DNA of 64,000 nucleotides, taken from contig NC_043013.1 in the NCBI RefSeq assembly GCF_006345805.1, positions 24,366,001-24,430,000 of the forward strand. The letters run 5' to 3'. The position numbers and the translations under genes are program-made. The stretch's first letter is position 1; each line of letters opens with the position of its first letter. The notes beneath the pieces were generated by a model. The model saw only the letters and a list, made by a program, of their open reading frames with translations. It had not been told where the DNA came from and ran no database searches. Shown here one piece after another: positions 14,865 to 27,402 of the stretch. The DNA comes from Octopus sinensis (Eukaryota).

Positions 14865-15070
14865 TTTAGCCACAAGGCTAGAAGTTTTAAAGTAAAAGAT
14901 ATAGTCAATACTATTGACTCTAGTACTTGACTGGTACTTTATTTTATCGACCCGAAATGCTGAAAAGTAAAGTTAACCTCGGCGAGATTTGACCCCAGAA
15001 TCAAAAAGCCAGACCAAACACTTCAGCACACTACATCTCTCGCTCGAATAATTTTGCTTCACTTCTGCCG
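14865..15070 (-). mobile_element. Family-A-related SINE (degenerate)
   Basis: Reverse complement of the GGGTCGATAAAATAAAGTACCAGT motif at ~14930-14955. Confidence 0.6.
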
Positions 15071-15149
15071 CTCTTGATATCTTCATACAAAAGCCTTCGC
15101 TCTTTGTAACCTTTGTAACCAGTTGCATAGGAAGTGGCAGTACTTACCA

Positions 15150-15780
15150 GAACTGGTGGTACTTACCAGACCCCGAATATCTTAGCATATTCTTCCGACT
15201 AGCGACTTATGAAGCTGGCCAGAATGCGCTGGTCTCTCTAGATGCCAAGCTACAAGACTACCGATTTAACAGGATAAATTCGTGCTCCTTTATTACCTTG
15301 TACTCCTTTAGTACAGTACTATTTCATTTTTAGTGTTGTTGGAGACCGTCTCGATGATGACAGCTGCGTATTTCGACAGGGCTTTCTCGCGAATCAATTC
15401 AAAAGAAATATCCCCAAACATATTAAACTTCCTCAGTAGTTGTTCAAGAGTTAACACGTACAAAGGCAATGAGATAGAGCCGCAACATATTCAGAAGCAG
15501 TGCAGACCAATACTCACAGACCAAGTAGTGCCTTTATGTAGGCGTTTAATCTGAGAACGGAACAAGTCAAGCACGTATCTCGACAGCTTGTTGGACAGGC
15601 CCTCGAAACCAAGGGATTTGCCTCTCATTGACAAATATATCTCTGTTTCTGTTATTCTTATTTTGCAACTCAACACCTGTTACCCCGAAATCCGAGAAAG
15701 CCCACCCTTTCAGGCCTGCTACTACTCTCTAACAGTTGAGCAAAGAAGACTATCTTTGATCACATGTTTAACTTAGAAGG
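15150..15780 (-). mobile_element. Decayed Tx1/L1-clade reverse-transcriptase fragment
   Basis: Minus frame reads ICCGSISLPLYVLTLEQLLRKF (cf. QGCPLSPLLYVLALEPLL) and ALSKYAAVIIETVS (cf. SAYADDITVIVS). Confidence 0.55.
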
Positions 15781-16366
15781 CGTTGGCTTTTGTTTCATCA
15801 AAAGAAATTGGAGAAACATATCTATTTTTCTATCATCAGCATTCACGGCAACAAGCTTGTTTGTATTGACTTCAAATAGATATGTACAGATACATATTGA
15901 ATATATATTTCTAAAAGTTAAACAATCGAGATAATTCTTTTTCTCAGTTGTAGAATATGTTGAATAAATATATTAACGCATGGAATAATGTGAGCTGTCA
16001 TCAGTCAGGATATATATTAAATTCACGGGAAATACGTTGTACAAGTTACACAAATTTGCCGATGAAGACAACGTTTTAGAATATCCTCACATAAAAATAA
16101 ATAAAGCTTACTAACTCTGACTACTGTTATGAACTGGATAATACTAAACTATTATATTCCCGGAACAACACTGTTATGTTTTACAAGAAAGGATGTAAGA
16201 CTACCAACATTTTTTCTAAACTTTTCATTGTTTCCAAATGTAGATTTAAAAATATACTTTAGAAATACAAACACTGCTGCACCGTGTTCAGCTAAACTTA
16301 ATTATAAAGGATAATGCTTGCCTATTTTTATGATTATAAACTACCATTTTTAACGTACACACACAT

Positions 16367-16398
<32 letters not shown>

Positions 16399-17915
16399 CA
16401 CATACACATATATGGGGTGATATGTATATTTGTGTGTGTATTATATATGTATACAAGCATGTATTTGTGATCTATATACCTATAAATAAACACATTCATA
16501 TAAAAAAGAAGTATACATGTGTATATACATATGTGTATATATATATATAATATATATGTATATATATATATACACACACATACATACACATACATATATG
16601 CACACGCGCACACACGTATAGATGTATGTAAATACACACACAAATGCAATACAAACATTCACACCCAGAGACATATGCATGCACACCCATCATATATACA
16701 TACATACATACATACATAAAATATTTATTCTATTTATTTCAGTCACGATGAGTATTTTTTGTAAGTCACCATATGTCGACGAATCTACGTTGTGTATGTA
16801 TTCGCGTAATAATCTCCAAGATGTAGAGCAAACACAACTATATACATGATTACAAGAACAAAAAATAATAAAACCGTTTTCTGTACACAATGGTTCTTTT
16901 TTCAGATTTAACTTGAGTTTTAACTTGAGACATGTTTGTTTTAGTATTTTTGAATTTTATCTTAAAGCCGCTGCCATTGCCTTTTACTTCCAGGAAATAA
17001 ACCGAAGCTAAAAACCATACTTTGCATTTTGTAATAATTTCCATATGTTATTGGAACCGAGATAGAAATTAACTCATATAAAGCATAATAAATCCACGCA
17101 TGTCAACCATTCAGAATTTCTGTGTATTTTGATACCAAACGAGAGTAGAGGCCTGTAATGTGTACCGTTATAATAAATTTGTGATATCGAGTTAGTTGAA
17201 TGGTTATAATGTCATAAAGTGTATGTTTGAGAATCCACTGGAATATGTATGTAACAAACTTGCACTGTTGCGACTTGGATGTTGAAGACTTTGGTGGTGG
17301 AATAAATGTACAAATAAATACAGATATATAATGAAATACATCTTCATAGACATATGTATTCATCCGTCTATCAATACAATACAAACGCATAAAAATATAT
17401 GCATATATACAGTTGTATATACTGAATGTAAACACACTAATTTTGTAGGGTATAAACAGAAACGAAAGCCCGTAATTGTGATGTATCTGTGCAGTAAGAC
17501 TAATTTTTATATATATATAAATATACCTCGTTTTCTTTAGTTTTGTGTAGGGAGAATTCTTAACTGTTACTAGACTATCACTAGACATTCAAACTTACTC
17601 ACTTAAGAATATAGTCGCATTCTTTAAGTAGCGGCAGAAAGCTATCCCTTGGAAGAATGAAATGCGGATACTGAATAAGTATAACAAGTACGGAATTACC
17701 TCTATTCATATATAAAGATCCAGGGATCGAGGTGTAGGAAGAAAGTTAGCGTCAAGTAATCCATAATAAATGTAAAAAAAAACAACTTTTAGGGACAGCA
17801 ATGGTTTACTGAGACGGAAGGTTATGAATTGCTTTCGAATCGAGGTACGATAAGCTGAAAAAGTTCTTTTCATATTTCACGGTAGGTGACCAGGGTTGCC
17901 GGATGAATAAGAATA

Positions 17916-18253
17916 CGAGAGTTAAGGAGTTGAGTAGATAAGATCGAGGCTACATATGTTTCATAGCAAGCGTAACCTCAGAAGGGGTAAATATCCAAGT
18001 GAGGTGTCTACTGCAGGCTCCTCTTCCGGCCAAAGATATCTTGATTAAATGTAAGTTTACATTATCACACGGAGGTACATGTTAACACATGGAAGATTCA
18101 TCGCGACAATGTAAACTTTCATTTAATCAAGATATCCTTGGCCTGAAGAGTAACCCGGGGTAAACACCTCACTTGGATATTTACCACCTCCAAGGTTCCA
18201 CTTGATATGAAACATGTAGCCCAGATCTTATCTACTCCATTCCTTAACTCTTG
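17916..18253. mobile_element. Fold-back MITE (TA-flanked, Tc1/mariner-type)
   Basis: Arms 17916-18068 and 18103-18253 are ~80% reverse-complementary; TA at 17914-15 and 18254-55. Confidence 0.8.
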
Positions 18254-18429
18254 TATGTGTGTGTGTGTGTGTGTGCGCGTGTGCGTGTGCGTGTATGTAT
18301 GTGTGTGTGTATGTATGTATGTATGTATGTATGTATGTATGTATCCGTCGGTTTAACTCGTTCTCCTTCCCTTCTAGCTCCTCTAAACTTCTCTTCACTC
18401 TTGATATGAAGAGTCTATATACGGTCATC

Positions 18430-19320
18430 CCACACAACGAAGGACTTCTTGAACTTAAACACTTTCTAGACCTTCGGCCTAACCCTTAACCCGATAACTC
18501 CACACTTCTTCATCTGGCTGAACTTGTCCCCTCCCTCAACTGCTTCTCGTTCGCGGGGGAGTTTTAGCAACAGTTCTCTCGAGAGTGGCCATGGGAACAA
18601 GAATGGGACCCAACTATGCGAACCTATTCGTTGGCTACGTTAAGCCCAATTATTCTCACAATTCACTGGTCGCACTCCCGATCTATACGTTCGTTATATC
18701 GTTGACTGTATTGGCGCGACCTCAATCTCCCGCGAACGACTGGACTTCTTCCTTTCCTTCTATCCTGCCCTCGAATTCTCCTGCACTATATCTAACTCGA
18801 ATTTCAAATTTCTCGACATTTCTGTCAGCATACACGACTCCGCTCTCACTACCTCCATCCGCTACAAATATACAGACTCACACTCCTACCTTAACTTCTC
18901 CTCCTCCCACCCTACCCACGCCAAGCTCTCCATCCCCTACTCCCAATTCCTCCGTCTACGCAGGCTCTGCAGTGACGACCACGACTTTGAGACTGTCTCA
19001 ACTCATGGCTCGCCACTTCATCCTACATTGACATACCCTCATCATTATCCACACAGCGCTTGCCTGCACACGATCTGTGTACCGTGTCTCTGCTCTTTCT
19101 CCTCGTACCCATCCCACCCTTACCTGTCTGCCGTTTCCCTTCACCTACCACCCCTCCACCCTACCCCTCCAACGCACCATTTCCGAGCCTTTCGGCGACT
19201 CCAGTCCTACCCCTTCACCTCGCACATCTTCCCTAACCTACCCCTTCCCTCCTTCAAACGGGCCCATAACCTGCGTAACCTTCTGATTCATAGTTTCTTC
19301 CCAATCCCGCCTCGCAGCCT
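18430..19320 (+). mobile_element. Penelope-like element, RT fragment (pseudogenised)
   Basis: VAMGTRMGPNYANLFVGYV, YIRYIVDCIGAT, FLDISVSI, TDSHSYLNFSSSHP, SIPYSQFLRLRRLCSDD across frameshifts. Confidence 0.88.
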
Positions 19321-19484
19321 GGTTTTTTCTATGTATACGTATTTATGTACAAGTGCAGGAATACGTATACGTAAGCAATTATATTACAAAACAACAAATA
19401 AGACAAAATAATTTCTGTTATACGTACATACATAAATGCATCATACATACATACATACATACATACATACATACATACATAGAT

Positions 19485-20281
19485 GTATGACAGAGATGCA
19501 GGAAAAGCAGTAAGATGTAACACCGATGCAGACTTTGTGAAGTTTACACAGACGATATCACCCACATCATAAGTAATTGTCTGAAAATGTCATCATGGTA
19601 TATAACTACCGATAAGACATGATGCTGTAGCTAGGACAATGTAGAACGAGATCCGTCGAAAGGATAACTCCGACGGCAAAGAAATAAGAACCCACAGTAT
19701 GGTGGAAGACATAGCCACTCATAATAAGAAAGTGTACTGGCGGAATGGCCCAGTGAGAACCTTAATAAAATATAAACACAATAGACCTGATATAATGGTC
19801 TAGGACAAAAGAGAAATTGTGTACAGTTGTGGAAAACAGTTGCTTGGCGGGTGTTAACATAAAGCTGAATATCAATGAAAAAGGGAACACCTGTGCTGAA
19901 CTATTGAGAAATCTGCAGTTGCTCTATCAAGATTACAAGTTCAGGTTTATACCCCTAATTATTGGAGCACTGGGATACGTAGCACACTGCTTAAATACCA
20001 ATCCTAAGGAATTAGGCTTCTCAAAATTACAGATCCAAGTCACCACTGGAACTGCAAAAATTTGCAAAACTTTCCAGTAACTTATCATTTAAATATTTAT
20101 GAGCATGTCTTGATATGCAAGTATATGCACGAGGTACATACACAAAACACAACATACAGATCTGCATATATACAAAAATACCCAGTTGTTTGATGTTGAC
20201 ATTCCTATGAAGGAGCCTTGGATCTAGGCTAGAAACTGACACTTTCTCTATTACCAAGAAATCTTGAACTAAAACTGAATA

Positions 20282-20282
<1 letters not shown>
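19485..20282 (+). mobile_element. R4/Dong-clade 3' fragment flanked by (CATA)n
   Basis: CRLCEVYTDDITHII, HNRPDIMV, ELLRNLQLLYQDYKFRFIPLIIGALG. Confidence 0.85.
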
Positions 20283-20320
<38 letters not shown>

Positions 20321-20321
20321 A

Positions 20322-20352
<31 letters not shown>

Positions 20353-20356
20353 CATA

Positions 20357-20519
20357 GGCGCAGGAGTGACTGTGTGGTAAGTAGCTTGCTAACCAACCAC
20401 ATGGTTCCGGGTTCAGTCCCACTGTGTGGCATCTTGGGCAAGTGTCTTCTGCTATAGCCCCGGGCCGACCGATGCCTTGTGAGTGAATTTGGTAGACGGA
20501 AACTGAAAGAAGCCCGTCG

Positions 20520-20566
<47 letters not shown>

Positions 20567-20800
20567 ATGTGTGTGTGTATATGTTTGTGTGTGTTTGTCC
20601 CCCTAGCATTGCTTGACAACCGATGCTGGTGTGTTTACGTCTCCGTCACTTCGCGGTTCGGCAAAAGAGACCGATAGAATAAGTACTGGGCTTACAAAGA
20701 ATAAGTCCCGGGGTCGATTTGCTCGACTAAAGGCGGTGCTCCAGCATGGCCGCAGTCAAATGACTGAAACAAGTAAAATAGTAAAAGAGTAAAAGAGTAC
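20357..20800 (+). mobile_element. tRNA-derived SINE, family C (CORE-like motif, internal TA/TG microsatellite)
   Basis: GGCGCAGGAGT head, CTTGGGCAAGTGTCTT motif, (GTAAAAGA)n tail; other copies at 45393, 58285 and 61191. Confidence 0.88.
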
Positions 20801-21269
20801 ATTTATACATACACACATATGAGTGTTTTGTGTGTGTGTGTATGTAGGTATACGTATTTATGTACAAGAGTATGAATACATGTACGTAAGCAATTATATT
20901 ACAAAACAACAAATAAGACAAAATAACTTCTGTTTCAACGAGTAACACAAAAAATTCCGTTAAGAATCTTATATCCTAAAAGACAAGAGAAACTCTGTCT
21001 CTGTCCTGCACAATACCTATAAGAGGGAGGGAAAGAAGGGGAGGAATCGAAATATACGTCACAATGTATTTTTAGAAGAGGAGGGGAAACGTCTGTGTGT
21101 GTGTGTGTGTAAGTGTGTGTGTGTGTGTGTGTGTGTGTGTAAGTGTGTGTGCGAAAGAGAGTGTGTGTAAGATAGTGTTGTCACCATCGTAATTAACAAG
21201 TTTTGATTAATAACGCGGGGATTGTAAGTGCAAGCCACAGTAAAATGGAACATAAGCTTTAAAAAAACG

Positions 21270-21271
21270 AC

Positions 21272-21302
<31 letters not shown>

Positions 21303-21593
21303 AATCCAAACGGGAAACAAAAAAACAACAACAATGGAACAATTACAGTATTATTATTAATAGGCGCTCAAGTCGTTATATATTATATATATATATTATA
21401 TATATATAGTCGTTTATATATATATATATATATATATAGTCGTTATTTATATATATAATATATATATATAGTCGTTTATATATATGTATATATATATATA
21501 ATATATATAGTCGTTTATATATATTTAATATATATATATATATAAGATATAAGTCGTTATATATATATATATATATAATATATATATATAGTC

Positions 21594-21677
<84 letters not shown>

Positions 21678-21783
21678 ATATATATATATATATATATATA
21701 TACTATATATGTATCATATAGTATATATATTAGATATATATAACTATATATATAGTATATAGCTATAGATATATATATATATG

Positions 21784-21834
<51 letters not shown>

Positions 21835-21882
21835 ATATATATATTCTAATATATATATATATGTATGTATATGTTATATATA

Positions 21883-21966
<84 letters not shown>

Positions 21967-22003
21967 ATATAATAGATATATATATATATATATATATATA
22001 TCG

Positions 22004-22045
<42 letters not shown>

Positions 22046-22088
22046 ATATATATAATGTATATATATATATGTATATATATATATATAG

Positions 22089-22125
<37 letters not shown>

Positions 22126-22687
22126 CTATATATATATATATGTCTATATATAATCGTATAATATATATATATAGTATATATATATATATATACGTATATA
22201 TATATATATATATTGTATATATATATATAATCGTTATATATATATATATATATGTATGTATATATATATAATCGATATATATATATATATAATGTATATA
22301 TATATAATAATATATATTATATATATATATGTATATATATATATAATCGATATATATATATATATGTATGTATATATATATATAATCGATATATATATAT
22401 ATGTATGTATATATATATATAATCGATATATATATATATATATGTGTATATATATATATAATCGATATATATATATATATGTATGTATATATATATATCG
22501 ATATATATATATATATGTATGTATATATATATATAATCGATATATATATATATGTATGTATATATATATATATCGATATATATATATATATATGTATGTA
22601 TATATATATATAATCGTATATATATATATATGTAGATATATATATAATCGATATATATATATATATGTATGTATATATATATAATCG

Positions 22688-22722
<35 letters not shown>

Positions 22723-22727
22723 ATCGT

Positions 22728-22759
<32 letters not shown>

Positions 22760-22806
22760 ATCGTTATATATATATATATATTATATATATATATATATAT
22801 AGTCGT

Positions 22807-22837
<31 letters not shown>

Positions 22838-23292
22838 GTATATATATATATATATATATAGTCGTTTATATATATATATATGTATATATATATGTATATA
22901 TATATATATATATAGTCGTTATATATATATATGTATATATATAGTATATATATATATATATATATATAGTCGTTATATATATATATATGTATATATATGT
23001 ATATATATAATATATATAGTCGTTATATATATATAGATATGTATATATATATATGTTATATATATATATATATAGTCGTTATATATATATATATGTATAT
23101 ATATATGTATATATATATCGTTATATATATATAGTCGTTATATGTATATATATATATTATAGTCGTTATATATGTATATATATATATATAGTCGTTATAT
23201 CGTATATATATATGTCGTTATATATAATATATATATAGTCGTTATATATGTATATATATAAGTCGTTATATATGTATATATATATATAGTCG

Positions 23293-23326
<34 letters not shown>

Positions 23327-23340
23327 TTATATATAATATA
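21270..23340. repeat. ~2-kb (TA)n array with periodic TCG interruptions
   Basis: Direct reading; AATCG recurs every ~34-40 nt over 22345-22759. Confidence 0.95.
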
Positions 23341-23451
23341 TATGCGTGTGTGTGTGTGTGTGATACATGTAATCTTTATTTTTGTTTCAGTGTATGTGTG
23401 TGTGTTTCTGTATGTTTTTCAACATATAGACACATACTTCAAAAACTACAT

Positions 23452-23489
<38 letters not shown>

Positions 23490-23555
23490 CTACAACAACA
23501 ACAACAACAACAAACAAATCCTCTGTGTGGTTGTTCGGCAATAAATTCTTTATTA

Positions 23556-23758
23556 GGGTATCTGAGAGATACCACCACGCTGAAATAGCAGTCAAAACCT
23601 GACCCTAAAGTGACATTAAATGTTCATATAGCACTAGGAGAGTTTGCTAGTTTATTTTGTCTCTCTGTCTACTCTCCTAGTGCTATATGAACATTTAATG
23701 TCGTTTTAGGGTCAGGTTTTGACTGCTATTTCAGCGTAGTGGTATCTCTAAGATACCC
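23556..23758. mobile_element. Young fold-back MITE
   Basis: 91-bp arms 23553-23643 and 23671-23761 with 4 mismatches and a 27-nt loop; ends TTA|GGGTATC...GATACCC|TAA. Confidence 0.85.
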
Positions 23759-23992
23759 TAATTTAAAATTCTAAATAATTTTTACCTTTGTAATGTTTTT
23801 ATTCCCATGCTGACCACTTGATAAGATCGATATTTGAATATCGATCTTATCCTTATTTGTAAATTTATATATATATATATATACTTATAATAAATACAAA
23901 AAAGAAAACGAAGAACAAACACAAAACAACAACAACGTGTGGACGTGGTACATGTAAAGTATTAGCAGACATCCAGGGAAGAAAGAAAGGTA

Positions 23993-24027
23993 GTTTTACG
24001 TTTCGAGCAAAGCTCTTCTTCAGAAAC
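23993..24027 (-). ncRNA. Minimal type-I hammerhead ribozyme (Penelope pLTR type)
   Basis: Minus strand reads GUUU-CUGAAGA-A-GAGC(UUU)GCUC-GAAAC-GUA-AAAC: intact core, stem II, stem I (GUUU/AAAC), palindromic ACGU stem III and GUA cleavage triplet. Confidence 0.72.
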
Positions 24028-24110
24028 AGGAGACAGAGGAAAGTCCAAGAGAAAAGGAAGACGGGGGAAAAAAAATCGCCAACGATTCATATATGGTTAC
24101 ATTTTGTATA

Positions 24111-25398
24111 TTGGATTGGCAACTAAGTTCCCGCCGTTTTTTTAAATTTTGGAATATATTGCGTTTTTAAATTTTGGAATCTATTTTTTGCGAGAATTCT
24201 ATTTTTGAATCATTTTGGAAGCTATATATTTTTTCCTTGTTAATTTTAGTTAGTTTTTATTTATTTTCAGATCATTAAAATGGAATGCCATGTTAAGGAA
24301 AATGAGCATTTTCGATACCAGTTTCTTTTTGCTTTTAATCAAGATTGTAAGGCCGCAAAAGCTGCTCGCGACATCTGTATGGAGAGGGTGCCATAGTTGA
24401 AAGAACCGCTCGTGATGGGTATGCCAAGTTCAAAAATGGAATCTTTGACCTCAAAGACACACCTCATTCTGGCCGTCCAGTTGAGTTCGATGAAGAACGA
24501 TTTAAACCAACTTTTGCACGAAAATTCTCGTCAAACGACAAGGGAACTGGCAGAGAAAATGGAATGCTCCCACACCGCTATAGAGAAGCATCTTCACTTA
24601 ATGGGAAAGGTTCAGAAGTATGGAGCATGGGTTCCGCATGCTTTAAGTGACAACAGCAAAAATCAACGAGCCACAATCTCCGCTAGCTGGCTTGCTCGTC
24701 ACCGCTCAACTCATGCACACAAGCAACGATTTCTTTACCGAATCGTTATTGGCGACGAAAAATGGTGCCTGTATATCAATATCAAGCAACGTAAGGAATG
24801 GATTAGCTCAAGCAAACAAGCGACACCGCGCGTGAAATAAGATTTTCAACCGCGTAAACGATGTTGTGCGCATGGTGGGACTGGGAAGGGATTATCCATT
24901 ACGAATTGCTCGAACGGAACCAAACGGTCAACGCGGAATTCTATGTTCAACAGATGAAACGACTCAACACGGCTATTCAAGAAAAAAGACCTAATCAGCA
25001 GCATGGAGTTCTTCTGCTGCACGACAACGCCCGTCCTCATATCGCCAATATGACCAATGAAACCATTCAAACGCATGGCTGGGAAGTGCTGCCACACCCG
25101 CCGTACTTTCCTGATTTGGCACCAATGGATTTCCACCTCTTTCGATCTCTTTTAAATGCTATGCGTGGAGTTTCACTCAATACTTATGCAGAATTGAGAG
25201 CTTGGCTGGATCAATTTTTCTAGTCGAAATCGGGAGGTTTCTACCAAAGAGGTATTGAAATTTTTGTTGAACGTTAGGAAGGAGTTGTAAACAACAAGGG
25301 TGAAGATATTATCGATTAATTAGTTCTTATTTTTTATTAAATCTTTTAGAAAATGTAAATTTAAAATAAAAGCGGCGGGAACCTAGTTGCAAACAGAA
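24111..25398 (+). mobile_element. Mariner transposon, full length, transposase disrupted
   Basis: TIRs TTGGATTGGCAACTAAGTTCCCGCCG / CGGCGGGAACCTAGTTGCAAACAGAA with TA on both sides; WVPH, IGDEKW, HDNARPH, YFPDLAPMDFHLF. Confidence 0.95.
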
Positions 25399-25554
25399 TA
25401 TATACATATATATAATATATATATAATATATAATATATCTATAAAATAATATGTTACAATTACTCAATAGTCAAGATAAAACTCTGAGTTTCAGATGCCG
25501 AAGTGAAAATCCACAACACCATCTATTCGGTTATATACTCACACGAGTGAGTGG

Positions 25555-25586
<32 letters not shown>

Positions 25587-25866
25587 ATGTATATATATAT
25601 ATATATATATACATACACTGATACACATATGTGTATGTGCGTGTGTGTATATGTATGATTGGCTTACAATTGTTAGACACATTGTGTCCTTGAGCAGGAA
25701 GCTTTATTTCACTTTGGAATAAAGAGAGAGATGCGTATATAGACATACAGACGCGCGCACATATATAAATGTGTATATGCATTATTATATAGGCCCGCAT
25801 ACTTATGTACCTATACCCATACGCATATATACATATATATGCACACACACACACACACGCGCGCAC

Positions 25867-25901
<35 letters not shown>

Positions 25902-26274
25902 CACAGATTTATCTATCTATCTATATTCTACCCATTCTACACAGCACTTTTCTTGGATAATGGGACTGCAACTGTAACATCCTACAAATATTTTAATTTT
26001 CATTTTCATTCTCTTACTTCCCTTTATATTTCCTGAAGGGATATCCCTAATATCCTAGAAACAGCTGTAAGACTACCTTTCTCTTTATAAATGTCCCCAA
26101 AATTCCACACAGCCTTGGTTTTGTTCTCTCGTTTTATTTAACATATACATATTCACACAAGACCCGCATTAGACTCCTCACTTGTATTATTATCGAACCG
26201 AGAGTCTAACTACGGTCCTCCCGTAGCACTTACATAGCCCTACCTGCCATCTTGGATCTTCTGGATATCAATCC

Positions 26275-27402
<1,128 letters not shown>

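Larger units (their letters stand above)
19333..20934 (+). repeat. 87-bp direct repeat pair (19333-19419 and 20848-20934)
   Basis: Manual alignment gives 6 mismatches in 87 nt. Confidence 0.9.

Noticed and set aside
22250-22800. CRISPR-like periodicity
   Set aside because: Low-complexity spacers, eukaryotic context and no cas genes.
23553-23761. TTAGGG/CCCTAA motifs suggesting interstitial telomere
   Set aside because: Isolated hexamers forming the MITE ends, not tandem arrays.
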